64,000 nt of DNA from Bdellovibrio sp. (GTDB taxonomy: Bacteria > Bdellovibrionota > Bdellovibrionia > Bdellovibrionales > Bdellovibrionaceae). Below, one piece after another: positions 38,168 through 49,689 of the stretch. The notes beneath the pieces were generated by a model. The model was given only the letters and a program-made list of their open reading frames with translations, made no database searches and was not told the DNA's origin. The stretch is taken from the NCBI GenBank assembly GCA_036676395.1, contig JAKFCY010000002.1, positions 1,504,001 through 1,568,000 on the forward strand, read 5' to 3'. The translations under genes were made by a program, and so were the position numbers. Each line of letters begins with the position of its first letter. Position 1 is the first letter of the stretch.

Positions 38168-39178
38168 ATGAAAATATACTCAGATATCACACAAACGATT
38201 GGCGCTACTCCGTTAGTTAAACTTCAAAGACTGAACAAAGGCTTAAAAGCTGAACTTTTATTAAAGTTAGAATTTTTTAATCCCCTAGGATCTGTTAAAG
38301 ACCGTATTGGTCTGAACATGATTTCTGAAGCCGAAAAATCTGGAGATCTAAAACCAGGCATGACCGTTATCGAACCCACGAGCGGTAATACCGGGATTGC
38401 CTTAGCTTTTGTGTGTGCAGCTAAGGGTTATGCGCTGACTCTGGTTATGCCAGAAACGATGTCACAAGAACGTAGAACGTTGTTACTTTTATTAGGTGCT
38501 AATCTTATATTAACTCCAGGGCCGCTCGGGATGCGCGGGGCTATTGCTAAAGCCCTGGAAATTTCTGACACCGATAAATCAAAAAAATATTTTTTACCGC
38601 GCCAATTTGAAAATCCGGCAAATCCCGCAGCTCACGAAAAAACCACAGCCCTTGAAATCTGGAACGACACTGACGGAAAAGTCGATATCGTAGTTTCTGG
38701 TGTTGGCACAGGCGGAACAATTACCGGTGTGGGAAAAGTTCTTAAACAGAAAAATTCTAAAATTCAAATGGTCGCAGTTGAACCCACTGAAAGCCCTGTC
38801 TTAAGTGGTGGCAAACCATCGCCGCACAAAATTCAAGGCATTGGTGCTGGATTTATTCCGGTGATACTTGATAGAAAAATTATTGATCGTATCGAACAAA
38901 TTTCAAGTGAAGACTCGTTAGCCATGGCCCGTAGAGTGATTAAAGAAGAAGGCATTCCCGTTGGAATCAGCTCTGGAGCAGCGATCGCGGCAGGATTAAA
39001 ACTTGCGGCCTTAGATGAAAACCAAGGTAAGAATATCGTTGTTATCGTTCCGAGCTACTCTGAAAGATATTTATCAACACTTCTTGCAGAAACAGAACGC
39101 ACGCAAGCGCAAAGCTTAACAACATCAACTGTAAGTGAAGAGTATTTAAAAAAAGTGGCTGTTCAAGAAGGGATCTAG
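38168..39178 (+). CDS. cysK: Cysteine synthase A
   Basis: NP.GSVKDRI (PLP Lys), [26 protein letters not shown]. Confidence 0.97.
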   Translation: MKIYSDITQTIGATPLVKLQRLNKGLKAELLLKLEFFNPLGSVKDRIGLNMISEAEKSGDLKPGMTVIEPTSGNTGIALAFVCAAKGYALTLVMPETMSQERRTLLLLLGANLILTPGPLGMRGAIAKALEISDTDKSKKYFLPRQFENPANPAAHEKTTALEIWNDTDGKVDIVVSGVGTGGTITGVGKVLKQKNSKIQMVAVEPTESPVLSGGKPSPHKIQGIGAGFIPVILDRKIIDRIEQISSEDSLAMARRVIKEEGIPVGISSGAAIAAGLKLAALDENQGKNIVVIVPSYSERYLSTLLAETERTQAQSLTTSTVSEEYLKKVAVQEGI

Positions 39179-39534
39179 CGAGGTATATAAACTTGCGCCA
39201 AAACATGGGCCACGTTAATGACCAAACAAAGACCAAAAAACAGCAGCATTTGCGGGTTGTTTAGCTTAATTTTAAACATGATGCGCATTAAAAAAGTGCG
39301 CATGATAAAATCGAATAACCCATACATCACTCCTTGCGAAAATCTGAAGCCAAAGTCATTTGTGATTGGCGGTGGCATGACCAGTTTAAAAACAAGAATA
39401 TTGGCCATTATGGCAGTCAGGGTTGTAACTAGCGCCCAAATCTTTAATGATCGCTTCCACTCAATATCTAAGATGCGCTTAAATAAAACCGCATCAATGA
39501 CAAAAAAAGCGACGAATAAAATTTGGCTTAGCAA
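39175..39534 (-). CDS. Small hypothetical membrane protein
   Basis: 119 aa with four hydrophobic segments; abuts the guaA stop. Confidence 0.6.
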   Translation of the reverse strand: MLSQILFVAFFVIDAVLFKRILDIEWKRSLKIWALVTTLTAIMANILVFKLVMPPPITNDFGFRFSQGVMYGLFDFIMRTFLMRIMFKIKLNNPQMLLFFGLCLVINVAHVLAQVYIPR

Positions 39535-41073
39535 TTATTCCCACTCAATAGTTGCAGGCGGTTTTGATGTAATATCATAAACTACGCGGTTAATACCTTT
39601 AACTTTGTTAGTGATTTCATTAGAAACTTTTTTCAAAAATCCTTGCGGAAAATCAAACCAGTCAGCGGTCATTCCATCAATTGATGTCACCGCGCGAAGC
39701 GCAAGTACTGAATCATAAGTTCTGCCATCACCCATTACACCCACTGTTTGCACTGGTAAGATCACGCAGAAGGCCTGCCAGATTTGATCATAGATACCAT
39801 CACGGCGCAGAGCCGAGATATAAACATCATCTGCTTTTTTTAAAATTTCCAATTTTTCTTTAGTCACTTCACCGATCACACGAATGCTTAAGCCCGGCCC
39901 CGGAAAAGGATGGCGGCCGATCATATCTTGCGGAAGACCTAACTCTAAGCCAAGTTTACGGACTTCATCTTTAAATAAATAACGAACCGGTTCTACAAGC
40001 TTAAGATTCATTTTATCCGGCAAACCACCCACATTATGATGCGACTTAATAGTTACGCTGCCACCAACGCTTGAAATACTTTCAATAACGTCAGGATAAA
40101 GAGTACCTTGTGCTAAAAATTTAATTTTACCTTGAGTGTGTTTTAATTCATCTTTGATAACTTCATCAAAGGCTTCGATAAATGTTCTACCGATGGCTTT
40201 ACGTTTTTTCTCAGGATCAGAAAGACCTGTTAACGCAGATAAAAATTCTTTTTCTTTATCTACGCCGTGAACATTTAAACCAAAATCTTTATACTGAGTT
40301 AAAACTTTTTCGAATTCATTTAACCGAAGCAAGCCGTTATTGATAAATACGCAGTGTACGCGCTCTGCACCTAGTACTTTGGTAAGTAATGTCGCTACAA
40401 CACTAGAATCCACACCACCCGATAAAGCACACAATACATGGTCATCAGGGCCTACAGTTTTTAAAATCATGTCCGTACATTCACTCACTAATGATTTTGC
40501 ATTCCAGTCAGCTTTAACTTTAAAATTTTCTAAAAAGGCCTGAAGAATTTCTTTACCATATTCTGAATGAGAAACTTCAGGATGGTATTGCAAAGCCCAA
40601 TAGCGATCTGAATAAAAACCTGCAATATGATCTTCTGTGGTACACAGCAATTGCGAATCTGAAGGGATTTTTGTAACCACGTCGCCATGGCTCATCCACA
40701 CGTTCACTGTATTTGGAATATTATTAAAAGTTTTTTTCCAAACTACCGGTTTATGGCCGTATTCACGATGTTTTGCCGATTCAACCGCGCCACCCATTTG
40801 ATGCGCTAACAGCTGCATGCCGTAACAAATTCCTAATACCGGAGCGACTTCTAAAACTTCTTTAACATTTTTAGTCGGAGATTCAGATTCATAAACTGAA
40901 AATGGACCGCCACTTAAAATAATCGCGTCAGGTTTGAAATCTCTAATATCTGAAATTTCTGTTTTATAACTTTTAATTTCACAGTAATAACCTAATTCAC
41001 GTAAACGACGAGCAATAAGCATGGTTACTTGTGAGCCGAAATCTAATATCAAAACTTTTGAATGCTGTAACAT
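39535..41073 (-). CDS. guaA: GMP synthase (glutamine-hydrolysing)
   Basis: LDFGSQ, GICYGMQ, HPE, SGGVDS, IKSHHNVGGLP, SKPPATIEWE. Confidence 0.99.
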   Translation of the reverse strand: MLQHSKVLILDFGSQVTMLIARRLRELGYYCEIKSYKTEISDIRDFKPDAIILSGGPFSVYESESPTKNVKEVLEVAPVLGICYGMQLLAHQMGGAVESAKHREYGHKPVVWKKTFNNIPNTVNVWMSHGDVVTKIPSDSQLLCTTEDHIAGFYSDRYWALQYHPEVSHSEYGKEILQAFLENFKVKADWNAKSLVSECTDMILKTVGPDDHVLCALSGGVDSSVVATLLTKVLGAERVHCVFINNGLLRLNEFEKVLTQYKDFGLNVHGVDKEKEFLSALTGLSDPEKKRKAIGRTFIEAFDEVIKDELKHTQGKIKFLAQGTLYPDVIESISSVGGSVTIKSHHNVGGLPDKMNLKLVEPVRYLFKDEVRKLGLELGLPQDMIGRHPFPGPGLSIRVIGEVTKEKLEILKKADDVYISALRRDGIYDQIWQAFCVILPVQTVGVMGDGRTYDSVLALRAVTSIDGMTADWFDFPQGFLKKVSNEITNKVKGINRVVYDITSKPPATIEWE

Positions 41074-41082
41074 AATGTAATT

Positions 41083-42546
41083 CTATTCCAATCTGTAATT
41101 CGGAGCTTCTTTTGTAATACTCACGTCGTGCACATGCGATTCTCTTAATCCAGAGCTTGTGATTTGCACGAACTGCGCTTTACTTTGTAATTCTTCGATA
41201 TTGCGAGCGCCGATGTAACCCATTCCTGATTTTAATCCGCCCACTAACTGATGAATGATACCGCTGGCGTTACCTTTATACGGAACTTTTCCTTCGATAC
41301 CTTCGGGTACTAATTTATCTTCGTCATTTGTGTCCATTTGACCGTAGCGATCTTTTGACCCCAGAGCCATGGCGCCAATTGAGCCCATGCCGCGATAAAC
41401 TTTATAAGTGCGGCCTTGGTATAAGACCGTTTCACCCGGAGACTCTTCAGCACCGGCTAATAAATTTCCGATCATCACTGAATTTGCGCCTAACGCTAAA
41501 GCCTTAGTCACATCACCAGAGTATTTAATCCCGCCATCAGCGATAATTGTTTTACCCATTTTTTTAGCGATCGCAGAACATTTCATGACCGCAGAAATTT
41601 GCGGCATACCCACACCAGCAACCACGCGTGTTGTACAAATACTTCCTGGGCCTACACCCACTTTTACAACATCAGCGCCGTGTTCAATCAACATTTTCGT
41701 GGCGTCTTCAGTCACCACGTTACCCGCAACAAGAACTACGTCTTTATATTTGCTGCGAACATACTTTACCATTTCGATCACATTTTTAGAATGGCCATGA
41801 GCTGTATCTACGCAAATCACATCAATATGATTTGCCACAAGGGCATCAATACGATCAGTGCTTCCAACACCAACGCCAACGGCAGCCCCTGTAATTAAGC
41901 GGCCGCGACTGTCTTTTGTTGATTGCGGGAATGCCTCTGATTTTTCGATATCTTTAATGGTAATTAAGCCTTTTAGTTGTCCTTCTTTATTAACAACAGG
42001 CAATTTTTCAATGCGATGTTTTTGTAAGATTTTTTTTGCATCATCTAAAGTTGTGCCTTCAGGCGCCGTCACTAAATTATCTTTAGTCATTATCGCACGA
42101 ATCGGTTGATTAACATTTGTTTCAAATCGCAAATCACGATTTGTCAGAATTCCCACAAGCTTACCTTGTGAAGTGATCGGAACGCCTGAGATTGAATACT
42201 TCGCCATCACTTTTAAGGCTTCATGCACGTAATGATCCGGCGATAGCGTGATTGGATCTTGAATCATACCTGATTCATACTTTTTAACTTTTTCAACTTG
42301 AAAGGCCTGGTCTTCGATCGACATGTTTTTATGGATGATTCCAAGCCCACCGTTTTGCGCCATGATTCTGGCAATGCGATGTTCGGTCACTGTATCCATA
42401 GCTGCCGAAATAACCGGAGCATTAAGAAAAATATCTTTGGCGAAAAAACTTTTTGGAACAACTTCAGTGGGAACCACTTCAGAAAATTGGGGAACTAATA
42501 AAATATCATCGAAAGTTAAAGCAAGATCGAAAGTCTTGATGGACAT
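41083..42546 (-). CDS. guaB: IMP dehydrogenase
   Basis: LTFDD, SAAMDTVT, CBS pair, GVGPGSICTTR, YRGMGS, VPEGIEG. Confidence 0.99.
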   Translation of the reverse strand: MSIKTFDLALTFDDILLVPQFSEVVPTEVVPKSFFAKDIFLNAPVISAAMDTVTEHRIARIMAQNGGLGIIHKNMSIEDQAFQVEKVKKYESGMIQDPITLSPDHYVHEALKVMAKYSISGVPITSQGKLVGILTNRDLRFETNVNQPIRAIMTKDNLVTAPEGTTLDDAKKILQKHRIEKLPVVNKEGQLKGLITIKDIEKSEAFPQSTKDSRGRLITGAAVGVGVGSTDRIDALVANHIDVICVDTAHGHSKNVIEMVKYVRSKYKDVVLVAGNVVTEDATKMLIEHGADVVKVGVGPGSICTTRVVAGVGMPQISAVMKCSAIAKKMGKTIIADGGIKYSGDVTKALALGANSVMIGNLLAGAEESPGETVLYQGRTYKVYRGMGSIGAMALGSKDRYGQMDTNDEDKLVPEGIEGKVPYKGNASGIIHQLVGGLKSGMGYIGARNIEELQSKAQFVQITSSGLRESHVHDVSITKEAPNYRLE

Positions 42547-42580
42547 AGTGAGTACCTCTTGTGTTGTACTCAAAAGTGTA

Positions 42581-43081
42581 TCAATACCACGATTTATAGA
42601 GCAAATAATTATCAGCAGACTGGTCGAGGAACTTGATTTCTTCCTCGGTGAGTCGACGTTTAAATACCGCAGGACGACCCACTATTAATGAATAGGGTTC
42701 GAACTTTTTGCCCTCAGTGACTAAACTTCCAGCACCGACCACTGAATGCTCACCGATTTCAGCTCCATCCATAACGATTGAGCCCATACCGATTAAACAT
42801 TTACGGCCAATAGTACAGCCGTGAAGAATCACATTATGGCCGATCGTAACGCGCTCAGCGACTTTGCAGGCAAACTTACCGTAAGTGCCATGCAGAACAG
42901 AACCGTCTTGAATGTTAGTCTCAGCACCAATGGTGATCGGCATCACATCACCACGAATGGTTACATTATACCAAACAGAGGCGTGATTACCTAAAACCAC
43001 ATCGCCGATGATACGCGCGTTGTCAGCGACGAATACATTTTCTCCAACGATTGGTTTTTTGCCGCGGGCTTCGATAATCAT
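42581..43081 (-). CDS. Gamma carbonic anhydrase family protein
   Basis: Hexapeptide repeats, IRGD, TNIQDGSVLH, TIGH..ILHGC. Confidence 0.93.
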   Translation of the reverse strand: MIIEARGKKPIVGENVFVADNARIIGDVVLGNHASVWYNVTIRGDVMPITIGAETNIQDGSVLHGTYGKFACKVAERVTIGHNVILHGCTIGRKCLIGMGSIVMDGAEIGEHSVVGAGSLVTEGKKFEPYSLIVGRPAVFKRRLTEEEIKFLDQSADNYLLYKSWY

Positions 43082-43629
43082 TAGTGTAACAATTCTTTCT
43101 TAACAGCAACATTACGCTGATTCATCACGATGTGAGCTGTTTCATCCATTGAAGTTGTCGACATGACTTTAGATTTTTGAATAAAACTTTTTGTCGCAAA
43201 AAACGGAACTTTTAAATGTAAACATAAGCTCATCGCTTCATCTGCACGAAGTTTGATACTTTGGTATTTTGCATGACCTGTCATAAAAATACGAACGTAC
43301 TGGTGGTTACCAGTGATCTCGATAAACACACAGCGCTCAATACGAATATCTAAGCTAGATAATAACTTTTCTAAAAACGCATGCGGTGTAGTCGTAACTT
43401 GTGTGGGGCTTGATTGTGACAAAGCTACACCCGCTTCTATTTGCGTCACCGCTACCGGAAGCGTGTGTTCGCCAAGCACATCTTTTAAGATTAAGAACGG
43501 ACGAGCGTTGTCATTATTTAAACTTAGGCCGTAAGGTTTTAACTCGACTAAATCATCATCATCAAAACCAAACTTTTCGTCTTGCTGAGAGTTAAATAAA
43601 AAATCGGCTTTAATATTTTCAACTACCAT
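43081..43629 (-). CDS. Bifunctional nuclease (DUF151) family protein
   Basis: PFLILKD...TLPV.V..EA, TPH and RADEA patterns; follows miaB. Confidence 0.8.
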   Translation of the reverse strand: MVVENIKADFLFNSQQDEKFGFDDDDLVELKPYGLSLNNDNARPFLILKDVLGEHTLPVAVTQIEAGVALSQSSPTQVTTTPHAFLEKLLSSLDIRIERCVFIEITGNHQYVRIFMTGHAKYQSIKLRADEAMSLCLHLKVPFFATKSFIQKSKVMSTTSMDETAHIVMNQRNVAVKKELLH

Positions 43630-43631
43630 AA

Positions 43632-45005
43632 TTATTGAACCAATTCACCACGAAGTACATTCGGCGTCGAAGAAATAATACGAACCGGAACTGTTTTGCC
43701 GATCAAATCACTTGAACCTAAAAAGTAAACTGATTTGTTCTGCGTGCTACGACCAAACGCTTTACCTTGTTCATTCACGCTCTCAACTAATACTTTTAAA
43801 GTTTGGCCCGTGTATTTCGCTACCAGTTCAAACGCTAATTTATCATGCACATCAAACAAATGATTTAGGCGGCGATTTTTAACTTCTTCAGGCAATTGGT
43901 CTTCAAATTTTGCAGCTTTTGTAAATGGACGTGGTGAATACATGAAAGCAAAGATTGTTTCATAACCAATTTCTTCAACCATTGTCACTGTGTCATTAAA
44001 TTCTTCTTCAGTCTCGCCAGGAAAACCGACAATGATGTCTGTTGATAAAACTAAATTAGGAATAATTTTTTTCATCTGGTTGATTTTAGCGATGTACTCT
44101 TCGCGCGTGTAATTACGGTTCATTCTATCTAAGATACGAGTGTTACCACTTTGAAAAGGCAAATGAACGTATTCGCAGATCTTATCCTGGTGATCAGCCA
44201 TAACGTGCATTAATTTTTCATTAAAGTCTTTAGGATGAGATGTCGTGTAACGAATTCGTTCGATATCAGTCTCAGTGGCTACTTTTTTTAATAAATCTGC
44301 GAAATCAAGACCGTCTTCAGATTCATAAGAATTTACGTTCTGTCCAAGTAACGTCACTTCTTTAACACCGCGTTGAATTAATGTTCTAACATCCATCATG
44401 ATATGCGAAAGAGGACGAGATTTTTCGCGGCCACGCGTGTACGGAACGATACAGAATGTGCAAAAATTATCGCAACCTTTAGTGATGTTTACGAATGTTG
44501 ATACCCCTGGATTACGAACTAGGGTTTCAACATGGTAAGGCGCACGGTGTTCAAATTTTGCATTTACGGCTTTAGTGTTCGTCTCGAACACTTGAGTGAC
44601 CAGGTTTGGTAATTGGTCGATATTATCAGTACCGAATACGAAATCGATCAACGGTTGGTTTTTAATTAAATTTTCTTTTTCTTGTTGGCCGACACAGCCA
44701 CCAACGCCAATTTTAAGATTTGGATTTTTCTTTTTTAAAACTTTAAAAGTTCCAACTTCAGAATAAACTTTATGAACGGGCTTTTCACGAACAGAGCACG
44801 CGTTGATGATAATTAACGAAGCTTCTTCGGCCGTTTTTACCGGAGTAAAATTAGCCATTTCTAAAAGAGAATGCATTCGTTCTGTGTCGTTTACGTTCAT
44901 CTGGCAGCCGTACGTAGAAATATAAACGCCGCGCCCTAAACCCACATCGCTGTTAAGGTAATTTTTAGAAATTTCAGGCATAGAATCAACATTAAGATCC
45001 GTCAT
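43632..45005 (-). CDS. miaB: tRNA-2-methylthio-N6-dimethylallyladenosine synthase
   Basis: TYGCQMN..D.E, GCDNFCTFCIVPYTRG, TDIIVGFPGET, C-terminal TRAM domain. Confidence 0.98.
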   Translation of the reverse strand: MTDLNVDSMPEISKNYLNSDVGLGRGVYISTYGCQMNVNDTERMHSLLEMANFTPVKTAEEASLIIINACSVREKPVHKVYSEVGTFKVLKKKNPNLKIGVGGCVGQQEKENLIKNQPLIDFVFGTDNIDQLPNLVTQVFETNTKAVNAKFEHRAPYHVETLVRNPGVSTFVNITKGCDNFCTFCIVPYTRGREKSRPLSHIMMDVRTLIQRGVKEVTLLGQNVNSYESEDGLDFADLLKKVATETDIERIRYTTSHPKDFNEKLMHVMADHQDKICEYVHLPFQSGNTRILDRMNRNYTREEYIAKINQMKKIIPNLVLSTDIIVGFPGETEEEFNDTVTMVEEIGYETIFAFMYSPRPFTKAAKFEDQLPEEVKNRRLNHLFDVHDKLAFELVAKYTGQTLKVLVESVNEQGKAFGRSTQNKSVYFLGSSDLIGKTVPVRIISSTPNVLRGELVQ

Positions 45006-45132
45006 TGCGTTTGCTTCCTTTGTACTTGAGAAATTTGAACCCCCGAGATATAAAAAACCCCTCTGTAACAGTCAATGAATACTCTCTAAACCGTGTATTA
45101 AAAACTCTGTTTACAAGAATGAGGATTACCTT

Positions 45133-45726
45133 ATGAAACCACGTTATAAAATTAGCCAAAAATGGACCCCGTTCCCTGTTGAGTTCAGCGAACAAATTAG
45201 ATTAGTTTTTGTGCAGAATTTCGAAAAAGACATGGGAAAAACCATGAGCTTATCGGTGGATGGCCGCATTTACCAGAAGGAAATAACGCTACGTGTTGGT
45301 CTTCATTCAAAAGGTGAACTTAAGCACTTTAACATCGAAGCCTCAGTAGATCTTCCTCCAAATCCTGCAAAAGATGAAAATAAAGTTTTTGAAACTATCT
45401 CTATCGCCGTCGATGCCCTAGCAAGTCTTGTGGCCGAATACTTTGAAAATGACCGCGAACTTGAAATTCCATTCACATGGACTGAAACAACTTTTGAAGG
45501 TAAAAAAGTTTGGATTCAACACTCTACAGAAAACCCAGACCTTGAGGCTGAAGCCAATAAACTATTGGGTCTAGTTGATGACGAAGAAGGCGTGTTAAAA
45601 GATGCTGCTGATGAAAAATCAGAAGACATCCTAGACGCTACCGAAGAAGAATTTGATGAGTTTGCCGAAAATCTTTCAAGCGAACCACAAATGTTCAAAA
45701 AAAAGAAAAAGGATGATTTACACTAG
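45133..45726 (+). CDS. Hypothetical cytoplasmic protein with an acidic tail
   Basis: 197-aa ORF, RBS GAGG, NPDLEAEANKLLG motif. Confidence 0.8.
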   Translation: MKPRYKISQKWTPFPVEFSEQIRLVFVQNFEKDMGKTMSLSVDGRIYQKEITLRVGLHSKGELKHFNIEASVDLPPNPAKDENKVFETISIAVDALASLVAEYFENDRELEIPFTWTETTFEGKKVWIQHSTENPDLEAEANKLLGLVDDEEGVLKDAADEKSEDILDATEEEFDEFAENLSSEPQMFKKKKKDDLH

Positions 45727-45751
45727 CTGAAAAATCAGCCACCATAACCGT

Positions 45752-46102
45752 ATGGCTGAAGTTAGAGATATTCCTGCAGGCACTACTCTTTTCTACGAGG
45801 GCGAAATTCCCGACAACATGTATGTCGTGAAAAAAGGCGGCTTCGATATTCTCAAAAAAATCGATGGTAATGAAGTTAAAGTCAGCGAAGCCAAAGAAGG
45901 CCAACTGATTGGTGAAATGGCGTTATTTGATTTAAAGCCACGTTCAGCAACGATCAAATCCAATCAAGACTCATCAGTCGTGGTATTACCTTATGTAAAT
46001 TTATTAGATCAGTTAGATAAATTACCAGCTTGGGTAAAAATCGTCATGCGCACGTTATCTGATAACTTACGTAAAACCACAGAACAAATGATGAAGAAGT
46101 AG
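45752..46102 (+). CDS. Stand-alone cyclic nucleotide-binding domain protein
   Basis: LFYEGE...MYVV..G and GEMALFD.KPRSAT. Confidence 0.92.
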   Translation: MAEVRDIPAGTTLFYEGEIPDNMYVVKKGGFDILKKIDGNEVKVSEAKEGQLIGEMALFDLKPRSATIKSNQDSSVVVLPYVNLLDQLDKLPAWVKIVMRTLSDNLRKTTEQMMKK

Positions 46103-46124
46103 CGATTTTTTAAAAATTGCGAAT

Positions 46125-46153
46125 AAAAAAAGGGAAGTTTAACTTCCCTTTTT
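46125..46153. terminator. Bidirectional rho-independent terminator
   Basis: AAAAAAAGGGAAGTT-T-AACTTCCCTTTTT between convergent genes. Confidence 0.85.
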
Positions 46154-46179
46154 CGTTTCTAGATTTGCAGAACAAGGAT

Positions 46180-47022
46180 CTAGTAATCCCCGTCATCATC
46201 CATACTTGGCGCATCGCCAATACCACGGATTTCGTCAGAGAATGATTGAACTTCATCGTCGTTGCCATCGTTTTCGTTTAATGCTGATTCATCGATTTCA
46301 AGTTCTTGGATAGCCATTAAGAATTCTTTTTCTGATTTAAGATCTTTTCTAATCATCTCTAAGAATTTATCTGGGTAACGAGATGTTAAATCTTCAACGT
46401 ATTTTTCTAATTTACCATCAATTAAAATAGCTTTTCTGATTTGGATTTTCTTCCAAAGTAATAAGTAGTGAAAACGGCAGTAACCTTCAACGCTCGCTAC
46501 TTGATCGCAATCACGTACGCGGCATAAACGACGGCCTTCAGAATCGGTAAGATAAATTTCTTCATCTTTTTGCTCTTCTTCGTCATCGTCAGAAATGTCT
46601 AAGTTTTCGTCTTCATCAACTTCTTCAACTTCTTTTAAATCATCTTCGTAATCAGAGATTTCTGAATCGCCAAAATTATCATCAAATAGATCATCATCTT
46701 CTTCGGCAGTTGCTTTTTTCTCAGTCTTTTTAGATTTAGATTTAAGCTTAGCGTCAGCCTTCGGAGCCTTAACGCTCTCAGCCACAACTGCTTTAGTTTC
46801 AACTTTTTTAGGAGCTTCGGCTTTCTTTAAAACAGGCTTTGCTTCTTTTTTAAGAACAACTTTTGCTTTAGGTACAGGCTTAGCAATAGGCTTAGCTGCC
46901 ACTTTTGCCTGAACTTTAGCTTTTACCACAGATTTAGCTGCTGGTTTTGCCTTAGTTGCGGGCTTCGCAGTCGCTTTTGTAACAACTTTTGCTTTAATTT
47001 TAGACGCAATCTTTTTAGCCAT
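46180..47022 (-). CDS. Hypothetical protein with a histone H1-like basic N-tail, an acidic tract and a CCCH Zn-ribbon-like domain
   Basis: RBS AGGAG before MAKK; K/A/P/V-rich first ~100 aa; D/E tract; CRVRDC..........CRFH. Confidence 0.8.
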   Translation of the reverse strand: MAKKIASKIKAKVVTKATAKPATKAKPAAKSVVKAKVQAKVAAKPIAKPVPKAKVVLKKEAKPVLKKAEAPKKVETKAVVAESVKAPKADAKLKSKSKKTEKKATAEEDDDLFDDNFGDSEISDYEDDLKEVEEVDEDENLDISDDDEEEQKDEEIYLTDSEGRRLCRVRDCDQVASVEGYCRFHYLLLWKKIQIRKAILIDGKLEKYVEDLTSRYPDKFLEMIRKDLKSEKEFLMAIQELEIDESALNENDGNDDEVQSFSDEIRGIGDAPSMDDDGDY

Positions 47023-47143
47023 GAGTACTCCTGAAGTAATATACAAAATAGCGTTGCGACATAATGCAAATACTGTCAACCGCTTTTATTGAAGTTCTTT
47101 TCGCTCTCGTGTTAAATTGATTTTTTAACAAAGGAATAAGTCT

Positions 47144-48322
47144 ATGGAAAAAATCGTAATCGTATCAGCACAACGTACTCCTGTTGGAAGTTTTCAAGGT
47201 CAATTATCTACACTTGCGGCACCGCGCTTAGGCGCAATCGCCATTAAATCTGCTTTAGAAAAAGCTAATGTTAAAACGACTGAAATTGATGAAGTGATCA
47301 TGGGCCAAGTATTAACTGCCGGTGTTGGACAAGCTCCCGCACGTCAAGCAGCGATATACGCTGGCATTGCAAACTCTGCAGTGTGCATGACGATCAATAA
47401 AGTTTGCGGATCTGGCTTAAAAGCAGTGATGCTTGCAGCCGATTCGTTACGCCTAGGTCATACAACGATCGCGGTTGCTGGCGGACAAGAAAATATGTCA
47501 CTTGCTCCTCACTTATTAGAAAATTCTCGTAATGGTTACCGCATGGGTTCAGTGCAAATGATCGATTCAATGGTTAAAGATGGCCTTTGGGATCCTTACA
47601 ATAATTTTCATATGGGAAATGCTGCTGAAATCTGTTCGCGTGAATTTTCATTCACTCGTGAAGCGCAAGATGCATTTGCTATTGATTCATATAAAAAAGC
47701 TCAAGCAGCAACAGCTGCAGGTCATTTCAAAAATGAAATCGCAGAAGTTACTATTGAAGGCAAAAAAGGTAATGTAGTTGTTAACATCGATGAAGAACCA
47801 ACTAAAGCGATGTTTGATAAAATGCCAGGTTTAAAACCTGCGTTTGAAAAAGACGGAACAATCACTGCAGCTAATGCTTCAAAAATTAACGATGGCGCAG
47901 CAGCTGTTGTATTAATGACTGAATCAGAAGCTAAAAAACGCGGCTTAAAACCATTAGCTACAATCATTTCGCAAGCTACTTTTGCTCAAGAACCTAAATA
48001 CTTTACTACAGCTCCGGTTGGCGCGATTAAAAAATCACTTCAATTTGCATCACTAAATGTAAATGACATCGATTTATTTGAAATCAATGAAGCATTTGCA
48101 AACGTGACTATGGCTGCACAAAAATCTTTAGAAATTCCAGCTGAAAAAACAAACGTACACGGTGGTGCGATTGCGATTGGTCATCCCATCGGTGGATCTG
48201 GCGCTCGTATTTTAACTACCCTTGTTCACTCACTTCACACTCGTAATGCAAAACGTGGCCTAGCTACATTATGCATCGGCGGCGGCGAAGCAGTTTCTGT
48301 AATCATTGAAAAATACAACTAG
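47144..48322 (+). CDS. atoB: Acetyl-CoA C-acetyltransferase (thiolase)
   Basis: [26 protein letters not shown]. Confidence 0.95.
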   Translation: MEKIVIVSAQRTPVGSFQGQLSTLAAPRLGAIAIKSALEKANVKTTEIDEVIMGQVLTAGVGQAPARQAAIYAGIANSAVCMTINKVCGSGLKAVMLAADSLRLGHTTIAVAGGQENMSLAPHLLENSRNGYRMGSVQMIDSMVKDGLWDPYNNFHMGNAAEICSREFSFTREAQDAFAIDSYKKAQAATAAGHFKNEIAEVTIEGKKGNVVVNIDEEPTKAMFDKMPGLKPAFEKDGTITAANASKINDGAAAVVLMTESEAKKRGLKPLATIISQATFAQEPKYFTTAPVGAIKKSLQFASLNVNDIDLFEINEAFANVTMAAQKSLEIPAEKTNVHGGAIAIGHPIGGSGARILTTLVHSLHTRNAKRGLATLCIGGGEAVSVIIEKYN

Positions 48323-48330
48323 AGGATATT

Positions 48331-49029
48331 ATGTCTACTAAAGTTTATGCTAATGCAAAAGAAGCCCTAAAAGGTGTCGCAGATAATATGACATACTTAG
48401 TGGGTGGTTTTGGTCTTTGCGGAATTCCAGAAAACTGCATCGAAGCCCTTCGCGATTCTGGTGTTAAAAATATTACTTGCGTCAGTAACAACGCCGGCGT
48501 TGATGATTTTGGTTTAGGTTTATTACTAAAAACCCGTCAGATTAAAAAAATGATGTCTTCATACGTTGGCGAAAACGCGACGTTCGAAAAACAATTTATG
48601 TCAGGTGAATTAGAACTAGAATTTTGCCCGCAAGGAACCTTAGCAGAACGATTACGTGCTGGTGGCGCTGGCATTCCTGCATTCTACACACCGACTGGTG
48701 TAGGAACTAAAATCGCCGAAGGCAAAGAAGTTCGCCAATTTGATGGCCGTGACTTCGTTTTAGAAAAAGGTATCACCGGAGACTTTGCATTTGTTAAAGC
48801 CTGGAAAGGCGACAAATTCGGAAATCTGGTTTTTAGAAAAACAGCCCGCAATTTTAATCCGATGATTGCTACTGCCGGAAAAATCACAGTAGCTGAAGTT
48901 GAAGAATTAGTTGAAATTGGCGAATTAGAGCCTGATCAAGTTCACACTCCTGGCGTATACGTGCAAAGAATTTTCAAAGTTACTAACCAAGAAAAACGCA
49001 TCGAACAACGTACTGTGAGAAAAGGTTAA
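48331..49029 (+). CDS. scoA: Succinyl-CoA:3-oxoacid CoA-transferase subunit A
   Basis: [36 protein letters not shown]. Confidence 0.95.
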   Translation: MSTKVYANAKEALKGVADNMTYLVGGFGLCGIPENCIEALRDSGVKNITCVSNNAGVDDFGLGLLLKTRQIKKMMSSYVGENATFEKQFMSGELELEFCPQGTLAERLRAGGAGIPAFYTPTGVGTKIAEGKEVRQFDGRDFVLEKGITGDFAFVKAWKGDKFGNLVFRKTARNFNPMIATAGKITVAEVEELVEIGELEPDQVHTPGVYVQRIFKVTNQEKRIEQRTVRKG

Positions 49030-49032
49030 CTT

Positions 49033-49689
49033 ATGCCATTAAATAAAGAACAAATTGCACAAAGAATTTCTCAAGAAGTACAAGATGGCTACACAGTAAA
49101 TCTTGGAATCGGCATTCCTACTCTTGTTGTAAATTATATCCCACCAACAAAAACTGTTATGTTTCAGAGCGAAAACGGATTATTAGGCATGGGCCCTTTT
49201 CCTCTGGAAGGCACTGAAGACGCTGATCTTATCAACGCCGGAAAACAAACTGTCACAGCATTAAAAGGCGCAAGTTTTTTTTCAAGCGCAGATAGTTTTG
49301 CAATGATTCGCGGTGGCCACATTGATTTAACTGTACTGGGTGCGATGGAAGTCGACGAAAACGGAAGCATCGCTAATTGGATGGTTCCAGGTAAAATGGT
49401 TAAAGGCATGGGCGGCGCGATGGATTTAGTTGCGGGTGCAAAAAATGTAATCGTAGCCATGCAACATGTAGATAAAGAAGGTAATTCAAAACTTCGCACA
49501 AAATGCACACTGCCGTTAACAGGCGTAAAGTGTATTAAAAAAATCGTTTCTGATTACGGCGTAATTGATGTCACAGAAAATGGTTTTGTCTTACGTGAAT
49601 ATGCTCCCGATCTTACAGCTGAAGCTGTTGTTAAAGCCACTGAAGGCAAAATGACAATCGCACCAGATTGTAAACCGATGACATTTTAA
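49033..49689 (+). CDS. scoB: Succinyl-CoA:3-oxoacid CoA-transferase subunit B
   Basis: NLGIGIPT, SENG (catalytic Glu), GMGGAMDLV. Confidence 0.95.
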   Translation: MPLNKEQIAQRISQEVQDGYTVNLGIGIPTLVVNYIPPTKTVMFQSENGLLGMGPFPLEGTEDADLINAGKQTVTALKGASFFSSADSFAMIRGGHIDLTVLGAMEVDENGSIANWMVPGKMVKGMGGAMDLVAGAKNVIVAMQHVDKEGNSKLRTKCTLPLTGVKCIKKIVSDYGVIDVTENGFVLREYAPDLTAEAVVKATEGKMTIAPDCKPMTF

